In this document: in pieces, positions 1 to 8,092 of the stretch
Position numbering within the stretch: position 1 is the first letter of the stretch
Layout of the letters: each line of letters starts with the position of its first letter
IMG/VR virus record: IMGVR_UViG_3300020536_000010
Coordinates: 1-64,000 of that record
Reading direction: 5' to 3' (one strand)
Length of the DNA stretch: 64,000 nt
Source of the DNA: a virus
Made by a program: the position numbers and the translations under genes
The notes under the pieces: generated by a model
The model's database searches: none
The model's input: only the letters and a program-made list of their open reading frames with translations
What the model was told of the DNA's origin: nothing

Positions 1-63
1 AAGAGCCTCAACATCAACCCAAGCATACTCTGTGAAATACAACCATACTTTGTGAACCTTCAT
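1..63 (-). CDS. small early protein, 5' part (runs off left edge)
   Basis: Minus strand ATG at 63 after AAAGGA RBS and a promoter; MKVHKVWLYFTEYAWVDVEAL is open to the edge. Confidence 0.6.
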   Translation of the reverse strand, partial: MKVHKVWLYFTEYAWVDVEAL

Positions 64-87
64 TTATTTATCCTTTCTAACTATGAT

Positions 88-151
88 TACACTAACATAG
101 GGGTCTGACATTTTGCAAGCGACACGCCGTCTTTGTTATCATTTTGTTATA
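88..151 (-). promoter_or_regulatory. composite early promoter 1
   Basis: Minus strand GGCGTGTCGC-TTGCAA-aatgtcagacccctaTGt-TAGTGT, with upstream GTTATC/GTTATA repeats. Confidence 0.65.
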
Positions 152-363
152 ATTTCTGGGGATACTACATCTTGTGTCTTAAGATCCGATTTGACCACTA
201 CATCTAGGGGCGGGCCGCAGCCGCCCCTGGGGTGGTATGCCAGGTAGGCAGGGCTACCAGGTAGGTAGGGCTATCTAGCAGTCACCCCTGGCGACACGCC
301 ACCACCCTCCACAAAAATGTCTGATGTCTATGCTAGATTTCTGGTGTTCGAGAAAGGAACCCT

Positions 364-513
364 ATGTCCACCACCACCCCCGCCCCTGCTTTTGTCACCA
401 TTGTTGTCCCAGTTGCCTGTGACCCACACTATGTTGTTGCCCTCTATGATGACAATGACCTACTTACGTCACTTTTCTGTGAGGATTGCAATGTTGAATA
501 TTTCCCAGAATAA
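364..513 (+). CDS. 49-aa protein with C..H...CxxC (possible Zn ribbon)
   Basis: Not in ORF track; TGcTAGATT -10 and AAAGGA RBS; MSTTTPAPAFVTIVVPVACDPHYVVALYDDNDLLTSLFCEDCNVEYFPE. Confidence 0.6.
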   Translation: MSTTTPAPAFVTIVVPVACDPHYVVALYDDNDLLTSLFCEDCNVEYFPE

Positions 514-672
514 TCTGGGGGATTTTTTAATCTCTTCGTAAATTGGTGGCCCTCCCCACCCCCCCCCTGGGGCCGCAGCACGGGGATCCGACAAAGTCAA
601 ATCCGACACGCCGTTATCTGATAACGATTAGATAACTAAGAAACCAACCTATTGCAAAAAGCAGGGTATCAA

Positions 673-831
673 TTATTTGTTGTTGTTGTACCAATGCACA
701 CTCTCCACTTTATAACCAAATTTTTCTAATCTAATTATGTATTTACCTACCTGTTTATCAGGAACATAGTTTCCAATATAGGTATCATAGTCTTTTCTCT
801 CAACGGCTACCCAACACATTCTCCAATTCAT
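673..831 (-). CDS. 52-aa hypothetical early protein
   Basis: ATGA overlap with upstream ORF; MNWRMCWVAVERKDYDTYIG...WYNNNK. Confidence 0.6.
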   Translation of the reverse strand: MNWRMCWVAVERKDYDTYIGNYVPDKQVGKYIIRLEKFGYKVESVHWYNNNK

Positions 832-1001
832 GCTACAGTTCCAACCTCAACAACATCACCATTATCTAGCGTTGCTCTAAAGCCCTTGATTTCCTTCTTC
901 CAGAACTCAGTAGTGTAGTAGCCAATTACCTCAGCTGTTTGGTCTGGGTGAAATAGTGGGTTGATTACATGTCCGTCATTTAGAAATACCATTACGCTCA
1001 T
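828..1001 (-). CDS. 57-aa hypothetical early protein
   Basis: AAAAGGA RBS and promoter; MSVMVFLNDGHVINPLFHPDQ...EVGTVA. Confidence 0.7.
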   Translation of the reverse strand: MSVMVFLNDGHVINPLFHPDQTAEVIGYYTTEFWKKEIKGFRATLDNGDVVEVGTVA

Positions 1002-1029
1002 TTGTTTATCCTTTTCTTTAGTTAGTTAT

Positions 1030-1070
1030 ACATTAGCATTGGGGTCTGACATTATTGGGATACACGCCGT
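1030..1070 (-). promoter_or_regulatory. composite early promoter 2
   Basis: GGCGTGTA-tcccaa-taatgtcagaccccaaTGc-TAATGT, near copy of promoter 1. Confidence 0.6.
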
Positions 1071-1180
1071 AAATTCTTATTGTAGATAATCACAATGTTT
1101 ATTGAGGAAACCTACAAATCTGGGGGAATATATGTTGTATCGTAAATTATTTGCCCCACTATATGTTGGGCTGCGGCTGT

Positions 1181-1206
1181 GGGGTCTGACCTTATTGCCA
1201 GACCCC
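1181..1206. repeat. inverted repeat GGGGTCTG-N10-CAGACCCC
   Basis: Perfect 8-bp stem just downstream of the 1215-1304 ORF. Confidence 0.55.
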
Positions 1207-1214
1207 GCTAGAGG

Positions 1215-1304
1215 CTAGAACCTAACTGGTCTGCTAGCCTTAGCAAGAAACTTTCTCATTGAGAATACCTTTGCTACTACTGGGGTCTTTACTGTTTTGT
1301 TCAT
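1215..1304 (-). CDS. 29-aa basic peptide
   Basis: AAGGA RBS and consensus promoter; MNKTVKTPVVAKVFSMRKFLAKASRPVRF. Confidence 0.55.
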   Translation of the reverse strand: MNKTVKTPVVAKVFSMRKFLAKASRPVRF

Positions 1305-1331
1305 TTTTTATCCTTATCTTTTGATACTTAT

Positions 1332-1397
1332 ACATTATTAGGTAGGTAGGACATTGTCAAGCGACACGCCAAAGATTTTAGATAACATTTTTATAAC
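1332..1397 (-). promoter_or_regulatory. composite early promoter 3
   Basis: GGCGTGTCGC-TTGACA-17 nt-TAATGT, with upstream GATAAC/TATAAC repeat. Confidence 0.75.
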
Positions 1398-1538
1398 GCA
1401 GGCCGTACGGGTGCTGGCAGTGTGCAGTCTAATTTCTTGCATTTTTTACAATAGATCCTGTATCGTACATCTTTACAAAATATTCAGATTTTTGATATTT
1501 TTGATTTTTTAGAAAATCCGCTGTGATAAAATTGGAGA

Positions 1539-2135
1539 ATGGAAGACGGTAACCAAAAATACACAGAGCAAATTAAAATAGTTAAAAACTTTATAACCTC
1601 TGAAGAGGCAGATTTCTATTTGCAATATATAAACAATAATGATCATTTAATGAAAAGAAGCCGTCTATGTGGAGAAGCAAGCAAGGTATTAAAATTTGGA
1701 AAGCAAACTTATGAAAAATATACAACCAATAAAAATCTTTCAATTATTAGTGATATTGAGCCTATCGTAAGAAATAAAATTTTCCCCAAAGTGGAACAAA
1801 CAATTAGGGCAATTTATGCAAACGAAAAAGATCTATTTTTATCTGATATATATTTTGCAAAACAGTCTAGTGGTGGGTGGGTCCAGGAGCACTCTGATCA
1901 AGAAGGTGACGCTGCCTTACATGTAAAATATAGTGGCATTATTTATTTAAATGATGTGGAAAAAGGCGGGTCTTTGGTTTTTCCAAAATTAAATTATGAA
2001 TATTCTCCAAAAGCTGGAGACTTAGTAACATTTCCATCTGCTGGAGATCAATATGTGCATTTTGTAACTACAGTATACGAAGATAGATATACTTTGCCTG
2101 TTTGGGTAACGGAAGACGAATTTTGGAAACTATAA
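1539..2135 (+). CDS. 2OG-Fe(II) oxygenase, prolyl-4-hydroxylase-like
   Basis: HSD...IIYLND..GGSLVFP...H.V...RY motif set; leaderless promoter. Confidence 0.85.
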   Translation: MEDGNQKYTEQIKIVKNFITSEEADFYLQYINNNDHLMKRSRLCGEASKVLKFGKQTYEKYTTNKNLSIISDIEPIVRNKIFPKVEQTIRAIYANEKDLFLSDIYFAKQSSGGWVQEHSDQEGDAALHVKYSGIIYLNDVEKGGSLVFPKLNYEYSPKAGDLVTFPSAGDQYVHFVTTVYEDRYTLPVWVTEDEFWKL

Positions 2136-2152
2136 TACGCTATAATATTTAT

Positions 2153-2224
2153 ATGCGTATTATTCACAAAATGGCATGTGGCTGCAATAACAACTGCCCA
2201 TGCAAGCTTCCTGAGCCTAAGTAG
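2153..2224 (+). CDS. 23-aa Cys-rich micropeptide
   Basis: TATAAT 6 nt upstream of ATG; MRIIHKMACGCNNNCPCKLPEPK. Confidence 0.4.
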   Translation: MRIIHKMACGCNNNCPCKLPEPK

Positions 2225-3530
2225 CCTTTCTCATTCTGATATAGGTAATAACAGAGTACTTGGTTCCTTCTTCAATCTTTGATATGCTATATTCATAGCC
2301 CTTTACTGAAGGCAAAATAACAACTTCATTTGCATTTGGCTTATAGGTCAAATTAAGCTCTGGGAACTCCAGGGCACCTCCTGAATAATCATCATTCAAA
2401 AAGTACATTATGGTAATAGCGTTTGTATCTTGATTACTACTTAATGGAAAAGATGTGCCTGTGCTATATTTCATAAGCCCTATTTGGTCATGAAGTTTTT
2501 GTGGCAATGCATTTGATTCAATATAGTCTTTTTCAACAAATCCCATAAATCCAGCAGTAACCAAAGCAATTCTTTCCTCAAATGTAACCGAAAAGTCGTT
2601 TGGATCCTTAAATTCTTGGGGGTATGGGAATGACATAGTCTGAACATAGCTTCCAGATATCATTTCCATATTCCACTCAGCCATTCCAGCATAAGTCATT
2701 TGCTCAACGTAAGGAATTAGTTGTTCGTATCCTGGTATAACATTCTTATATACAACTATTCCAGGTGCTAGATCTTCTTTTTCAATTGTTGGTGTATATG
2801 CCTGCTCTGTATTACTCATTTCTTTTCCTTCCAAATTTTTGGCTTTTCTTATACGCTCTTTTGCAATCCTGACTTGATCTTCTGACACGTCATTATAAAT
2901 AAAGTTTCTATTTAGGTTTATACAGGCGTGTGCCACCGATCCAGTACCACCCATTATATCAGCAACCGTGTCCCCTTCTTCGGAAAAGTGGCTAACTATA
3001 ATATTACAAAAATCTAGTGGAGTTGAATCGCCTGTATGGCCCTCTATGTTAATTAATTCTGCATCTAGCTGCCAAGGAATATCAATTATCATTTTTTCAA
3101 GTTCTTTGAATTTTGGACTTCCTTTGCTAAAATGCAAAAAATATACTTGAGTTTTATTATGTTTGATTTTGCTACGCTCATTATTGTTTGGCATATTGCC
3201 GTATTCCCAAATAATTGGGTGATGTGGCAATAGACTGGTTTCTTTAATTACAGAACTTATAAAATAATACAGCAGTGGTTGTGAAAGTATTCCTATAAGA
3301 ATAGAACCAGTGGGTTTTAAAGCATGCTCCATATGCTTCATAACCTTTACTAGGCGGTCAAGATACTCTTCCTGACTTCCATTAGCCATTTGTTGTTCAT
3401 AATTTCCATATTCTCCAACAGGAGCCTCACGTCCACTATTTAGTGTGCCATAATACGGCGGTAGTGTAAAAAATAAATCCACAGACTCTTTTTCTAAAAA
3501 AATCTCTGTAGCATCCTTACAATAAAACAC
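2217..3530 (-). CDS. beta-class amino-methyltransferase-like domain fused to a degenerate 2OG-Fe(II) oxygenase domain
   Basis: TLPPY (motif IV variant) then ADIMGGTGS (motif I); C-terminal YFLNDDYSGGALEFP lacking HxD/H. Confidence 0.75.
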   Translation of the reverse strand: MFYCKDATEIFLEKESVDLFFTLPPYYGTLNSGREAPVGEYGNYEQQMANGSQEEYLDRLVKVMKHMEHALKPTGSILIGILSQPLLYYFISSVIKETSLLPHHPIIWEYGNMPNNNERSKIKHNKTQVYFLHFSKGSPKFKELEKMIIDIPWQLDAELINIEGHTGDSTPLDFCNIIVSHFSEEGDTVADIMGGTGSVAHACINLNRNFIYNDVSEDQVRIAKERIRKAKNLEGKEMSNTEQAYTPTIEKEDLAPGIVVYKNVIPGYEQLIPYVEQMTYAGMAEWNMEMISGSYVQTMSFPYPQEFKDPNDFSVTFEERIALVTAGFMGFVEKDYIESNALPQKLHDQIGLMKYSTGTSFPLSSNQDTNAITIMYFLNDDYSGGALEFPELNLTYKPNANEVVILPSVKGYEYSISKIEEGTKYSVITYIRMRKAT

Positions 3531-3728
3531 TTACCATTTTCCTATCGGGCACTGAGCTTGAACAAGTGTAGTCTTAAGCTTCATAAAACATCCACATTTC
3601 CTGCACTTAACAAGTCTTTTATTAAACCATGGGCATGTATTGCATATGGCTAGGCGGGATTCAATAAGTTCTTTGTCAGATCTAGGTTGGTTTGGATCAA
3701 ACAAATCAAAGAAGGTTACGTCTCCCAC
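3531..3728 (-). CDS. small Cys-rich protein (CxxC..CxxCGC..CPxGKW)
   Basis: Six Cys; paralog of 10910-11146; leaderless TGCTATAAT promoter. Confidence 0.8.
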   Translation of the reverse strand: MGDVTFFDLFDPNQPRSDKELIESRLAICNTCPWFNKRLVKCRKCGCFMKLKTTLVQAQCPIGKW

Positions 3729-3843
3729 AGATAATATTATAGCATAGGGGGCTTATTGTCAATACCTGGCATATTAGGTATATTTGCACATATTAGCACA
3801 TATTGTGGTTTGTTGTGCATGGTATCTCTATATACCGCCGAAT

Positions 3844-4083
3844 TTAATTTAAAACCCTATTCATTATTTTACTGTATATAGATTTTTCTAGAGCTAAAAG
3901 GTCTATGTCGTTTTTGGCAGCGAACTTAATTACCTCTTCTTTTGCCAAATCTGCCAAATCCTCACGCATATATTCCAATCGCTCGTAAAAATTTTCTAAA
4001 TATTTTTCTTCAATATGTGGGCCATCACAATCCCAGCTGCTAACGCAAAATGGGCATAAATACTTTCCGTCATTAAGTCTCAT
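3844..4083 (-). CDS. hypothetical protein with CPFC..C..H
   Basis: ORF overlapping its upstream gene. Confidence 0.6.
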   Translation of the reverse strand: MRLNDGKYLCPFCVSSWDCDGPHIEEKYLENFYERLEYMREDLADLAKEEVIKFAAKNDIDLLALEKSIYSKIMNRVLN

Positions 4084-4669
4084 CTAAGAACCTTATTCCT
4101 TGTAGATATTCTTCTGGAAGCACATCCAACAAAAGATGAATCCTATGATCTTTTCCGTTATTTCTTACACTATGATAATTTATATTATTAAGTTCATACA
4201 ATTTACCTACTTCAAGGTTTCTTGCTTCGGATCCCGCACTAAATATTACATGCTCATTAGTTTTGATTGGAATATGAAATCTTCTAGCGGTATATAAAAC
4301 ATCTGACCTATCCTTATGTGTACGAATTCTGCCTCCTGGTTTTAAGCTAATCAGCTCCGAACGGATTAATTTACCGCCTACAAGCTGTTCTAGCTTATTT
4401 ACCAAATTCTGATATTCCGCTTTTGCATACTCGTTTACAAATTTTCTGCTAGTTATACAGTCTATTGGAGAACCGATTCCATGAGCATAGTCTAAGGATG
4501 TTAGCTCAATTGCAAAGGTATCCTTGTGAGTAGGATGAGTTTCTTGTCTAGTAGTATTTAGTAACCACTCTTCGTAATAAGACAAAATTTCTTTTTTTAT
4601 ATTAGATATTGAGACCTCACCAAATTCCATAAAATTCCAATTATCACGTTTGTTTTTTAAGGTACTCAT
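4073..4669 (-). CDS. aspartyl/asparaginyl beta-hydroxylase-like 2OG oxygenase
   Basis: LKPGGRIRTHKD, RFHIPI, HSVRN...RIHLLLD; GGAGG RBS before ATG 4669. Confidence 0.8.
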   Translation of the reverse strand: MSTLKNKRDNWNFMEFGEVSISNIKKEILSYYEEWLLNTTRQETHPTHKDTFAIELTSLDYAHGIGSPIDCITSRKFVNEYAKAEYQNLVNKLEQLVGGKLIRSELISLKPGGRIRTHKDRSDVLYTARRFHIPIKTNEHVIFSAGSEARNLEVGKLYELNNINYHSVRNNGKDHRIHLLLDVLPEEYLQGIRFLDET

Positions 4670-5306
4670 ACGCCTCCAGATCAAACGAATTTAATTCTGT
4701 TATCAAGTTATTATACTTGCTTCTTAACCTATCCTTAATAGGTCTAGACTGATTTATTTTATTACCGACTATTTTAACACCTAGAATATCACTAATTTTA
4801 TCATATCTATTAGTATCATCAAAATCTATTAATATTGTTTTATTTTTTTCTATAGTTTTTGAAAAAGATAAAATATCTGTATCGTAGTTTTTTACGAACC
4901 AACAACTTTCTGCTCTATATAATAGGTTTGATATATTATCATTATATTTTTCTATATCTATTTCACCAGTTAAAAATTTTGAATTAATATTTACAAAGTT
5001 TTCTATTTTTCCAGTATCTATATACATTTCAATTAATTCGGAAAATGTTAAATGTGGATAATGTCCAAGATGATAACTAATATAGCTAAATGTTAAGTCT
5101 ACTGGATTTCTAAATATTGCAAAATTAACGTCTGTATCTTTTATTGGAGTAGTTGCAAAATGACCACTGACAATATCATATTCAGAAAAGTTATTTGGAA
5201 GTTTACGGTTATGTCTGGAAAAAATATTACCAGGCAGACTATGAACTGCAAATTCTCTTATAAATATACCACTAGTTCTGGGTATGTGCAAATGATAAAC
5301 AGACAT
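4644..5306 (-). CDS. sulfotransferase-family protein
   Basis: N-terminal HLHIPRTSG (5'-PSB-like), SGHF, FRNPVD..FSY (3'-PB-like), late N..D...Y. Confidence 0.7.
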   Translation of the reverse strand: MSVYHLHIPRTSGIFIREFAVHSLPGNIFSRHNRKLPNNFSEYDIVSGHFATTPIKDTDVNFAIFRNPVDLTFSYISYHLGHYPHLTFSELIEMYIDTGKIENFVNINSKFLTGEIDIEKYNDNISNLLYRAESCWFVKNYDTDILSFSKTIEKNKTILIDFDDTNRYDKISDILGVKIVGNKINQSRPIKDRLRSKYNNLITELNSFDLEAYEYLKKQT

Positions 5307-5354
5307 ACTATATATTGTACCAAAATTAAAAAAAGCCCATATAATAATCTTATT

Positions 5355-5594
5355 ATGTCAATTGAATCATGGATCGGCATTATAGTCGGAATTTCAACAA
5401 TAATTACCTCAACTGGTCTAGGAGTTCGCTGGCTCGTAAGGCATTATTTTGCAGAAATTAAATCTGAGCTTAAGCCCAATAGTGGATCAAGCATTAAAGA
5501 CCAGGTAACAAGACTTGAAGACAGAACAGAAAAGCTTGAAGAGAAGCTAGATAAGCTATATGATACTCTTTTAGACCATATAGCTCGTAAATAA
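5355..5594 (+). CDS. single-TM plus coiled-coil membrane protein (holin-like/lysis-associated)
   Basis: MSIESWIGIIVGISTII TM segment, then PNSGSSIKDQVTRLE coiled coil. Confidence 0.6.
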   Translation: MSIESWIGIIVGISTIITSTGLGVRWLVRHYFAEIKSELKPNSGSSIKDQVTRLEDRTEKLEEKLDKLYDTLLDHIARK

Positions 5595-5810
5595 TATATA
5601 TAATATATAAACTATCTAGATATAAAGATATAGTGTATAATATATATAAATATTAAATATATTAAATAATTAAAGAATATATATGCTACCAGATATTTGT
5701 CCAAAATACAAGTTAAATTTGATAACTCTTTTATAACAATTTTATAAACTTTATATAACAAGCCTTTATTTACTTGATTTTTTATAATTTCGTTATCTGA
5801 TTTGATATAA
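5590..5810. other. very AT-rich non-coding region with four 11-bp-phased (G/T)ATAAC repeats
   Basis: TA runs at 5590-5685; repeats at 5721, 5732, 5743, 5754. Confidence 0.5.
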
Positions 5811-5817
5811 TAGGTTT

Positions 5818-5872
5818 GCTAGTACTTAGAGTTGTCTCTCATACCCACACTACTTTAAGTACTAGCTTTTTA
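5818..5872 (+). ncRNA. putative hairpin small RNA
   Basis: TGaTATAAT -10 ends 6 nt before a 15-bp stem with 19-nt loop and T-tail. Confidence 0.45.
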
Positions 5873-5898
5873 TTTATATTAGTAGGTATAATAATACT

Positions 5899-6273
5899 AT
5901 GTCTTGCTCTCCTGAAATTTTTGGTGCTAACCCTGCAAATGTTAAATGGCAGGTCGTTAGAGGCGATACCGCATCTCTAAGGGTAGATTTCTACGAAAAT
6001 GACGAAGAAACCCCATTTGATACCTCAGATTGGACATTTTCAGCAACCAGTTATGATTTTAGGGGAGATATTCTAGACGAGCTAGAAGTAGAAGGCTATG
6101 CAGGATATGTTATTATTACAGCCCCAGCCGAAATCACAGAGTTTTGGGGCAATGGGTATAGCTCAACAGTTGCAGAATTGGCATTTGATTTACAAGTAGA
6201 CATTGATGGAACCACCTGGACACCACTAATCGGAACAATAACAGTTCTTGGAGATGTTACGGGGACACTATAA
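5899..6273 (+). CDS. virion adaptor protein, BppU-N-like (VRGDTA family)
   Basis: Paralog of 7106 and 13501; ends GTITVLGDVT. Confidence 0.6.
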   Translation: MSCSPEIFGANPANVKWQVVRGDTASLRVDFYENDEETPFDTSDWTFSATSYDFRGDILDELEVEGYAGYVIITAPAEITEFWGNGYSSTVAELAFDLQVDIDGTTWTPLIGTITVLGDVTGTL

Positions 6274-6359
6274 TGCCAGTTATTAAGATTTCTAATAATG
6301 TACCACAAATTCCCCCAGTTATTAAAGTTGGTGGAAAGGTTTTTAAGACAACCAAGTAG
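6273..6359 (+). CDS. 28-aa peptide
   Basis: TAATG coupling; MPVIKISNNVPQIPPVIKVGGKVFKTTK; fills the gap before the next RBS. Confidence 0.55.
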   Translation: MPVIKISNNVPQIPPVIKVGGKVFKTTK

Positions 6360-6367
6360 GAGATGGA

Positions 6368-7087
6368 ATGTCTATTAGCAAAAGCATGGATTTTCCATCA
6401 AGCAAAAAAACCAACTATGCCAAATTAGCACAACAGGTGCAGCAGCCAGAAAATGCTGTTTCTTATATTCCAGTTCCAGGTCCGCCAGGGCCAAAAGGCG
6501 ATCCAGGCTCAGCAGGTGTTCGTGGAGATAAAGGTGATCGTGGAGAAAAGGGTGATCGTGGAGAAAAGGGAGAACCAGGTAAAAATGGTAAAGATGGAAA
6601 AACCTACCTTCCAGTTTATGAGCAAGATGTTGGTTGGGCAAGATATACAAATTCTAAAGATTTAATGTTTAAGCTTGGGGCAGATGAAGGAGAAGATGGC
6701 TGGGTAACAGTATTTGTCGAAGCTTCAAAAACGAAAAATGAAGACTTTTTGCCAAGAGATACTGGAAGCCTTTATAATTCAGAAGCCAGAAAGATAATGC
6801 TTAAATCATTAAAGGTTGGATCTCAGGTAACTGTAGCCTACACCTTTTCAGTAGAAACATTTTCGAATAATACTGAGCTTTGGATTAGAACATATCTTCC
6901 AGCATCTGATAAGGCCATAAGCACCCTAGTTGGAACCCTAAAATATCAATTTGAATATGAAATGTCAATTGTTCAAAAATTTTATATAGAAAGCGAACAA
7001 AGTAGGTCTGGGGGAGCAATTCCACAAATTAGAACAGACCTTAATGCAATAGCAAAACTACACTCAATTGAGATTTCTGTAGCTTAG
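6368..7087 (+). CDS. collagen-like fibre protein
   Basis: 14 consecutive Gly-X-Y triplets at about 6479-6604. Confidence 0.85.
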   Translation: MSISKSMDFPSSKKTNYAKLAQQVQQPENAVSYIPVPGPPGPKGDPGSAGVRGDKGDRGEKGDRGEKGEPGKNGKDGKTYLPVYEQDVGWARYTNSKDLMFKLGADEGEDGWVTVFVEASKTKNEDFLPRDTGSLYNSEARKIMLKSLKVGSQVTVAYTFSVETFSNNTELWIRTYLPASDKAISTLVGTLKYQFEYEMSIVQKFYIESEQSRSGGAIPQIRTDLNAIAKLHSIEISVA

Positions 7088-7105
7088 TCATGCTATAATA
7101 GGCCT

Positions 7106-7465
7106 ATGGCATTTCCAGGTACTTATAACATTAATTATTATCAGGGCGACCTGTATGAGTTTAATATTTACCCAAAAGACTCTACTGGGTCAACTTTCAA
7201 TTTAAGCGGATATTCAACTAAGTTTACTATTTCTACAACTCGTCCAGCAGGACCTACAACATATGAAGGCATAGCCACTATTTCAGATAATGCTGTTTTG
7301 TGTCAAATACCTGGCGGTATTGGAAAACAGCTAACACCTGGAACAACATATCAGTATGACGTTCAAATTAAAAAGCCAGTAGCAGGCGGTGCAGATAAGA
7401 TTTATACCCTTCTAAGTGGACAGATTACAGTAACAGCAGATGTTACAAGGATGGCTGGAGATTAA
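7106..7465 (+). CDS. virion adaptor protein, BppU-N-like
   Basis: YQGD..F...YQYDVQI...LLSGQITVTADVT. Confidence 0.6.
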   Translation: MAFPGTYNINYYQGDLYEFNIYPKDSTGSTFNLSGYSTKFTISTTRPAGPTTYEGIATISDNAVLCQIPGGIGKQLTPGTTYQYDVQIKKPVAGGADKIYTLLSGQITVTADVTRMAGD

Positions 7466-8058
7466 TGGCTGAGGTTCTTTTATCTTCAGATGATCTAACT
7501 GTTCTTGGTGGCCCAGCAGAAATTAGTCTAGATGTTGATTTTGGACCACAGGGAGAGCGTGGAAGTTTAATATTTTATGGTAGCCAAAAGCCAGACGCTT
7601 TTAGTTTTCCAACAGATCTAAAGGTATATGACATATACATTAACGTTAACCCAACAGATGATGAATATCAGTTTGTATATCAATACTTGCCAGAAGTTGG
7701 TGGTGCATTAAATTGGGCAAAAGTTCTTAGACTAAGTCCAACCATTTATAGCTATAACCAAACAGTAGCTTTTGATTCTAGCGGAACATCGTTAGACCCA
7801 ATAGAAATTCTATTATCTAATTTTGTTTCAGAAGATTTAATTGGCACATATTCCTCTGACGATTTCAATGTGCAAGTTAATATACTAAATGAAAATCCAG
7901 TAAGCATTGGAACAACAGTATTAGATATAACCCCTGGATCTATTCAGGCTCTACCAATTTCGATAAAAGCTATAGAGTATTCTTCTGGCTCTTGGCAACC
8001 ACTTACAGGCTCACAAACAGTACATATCTTGGTTACCCTAAAGAACAATATCTCTTAA
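7465..8058 (+). CDS. putative virion structural protein
   Basis: Coupled ORF; GPQGERGS short collagen-like motif. Confidence 0.6.
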   Translation: MAEVLLSSDDLTVLGGPAEISLDVDFGPQGERGSLIFYGSQKPDAFSFPTDLKVYDIYINVNPTDDEYQFVYQYLPEVGGALNWAKVLRLSPTIYSYNQTVAFDSSGTSLDPIEILLSNFVSEDLIGTYSSDDFNVQVNILNENPVSIGTTVLDITPGSIQALPISIKAIEYSSGSWQPLTGSQTVHILVTLKNNIS

Positions 8059-8092
8059 ATTCATGTGATATAATTTGAATTGGTGATAGTTT

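Noticed and set aside
317-541. 74-aa poly-Pro ORF in the track
   Set aside because: The promoter and RBS point to ATG 364 in another frame
88-1397. CRISPR-like array from recurring GCGACACGCC
   Set aside because: Repeats are only about 10 bp, irregularly spaced and embedded in promoters; no cas genes
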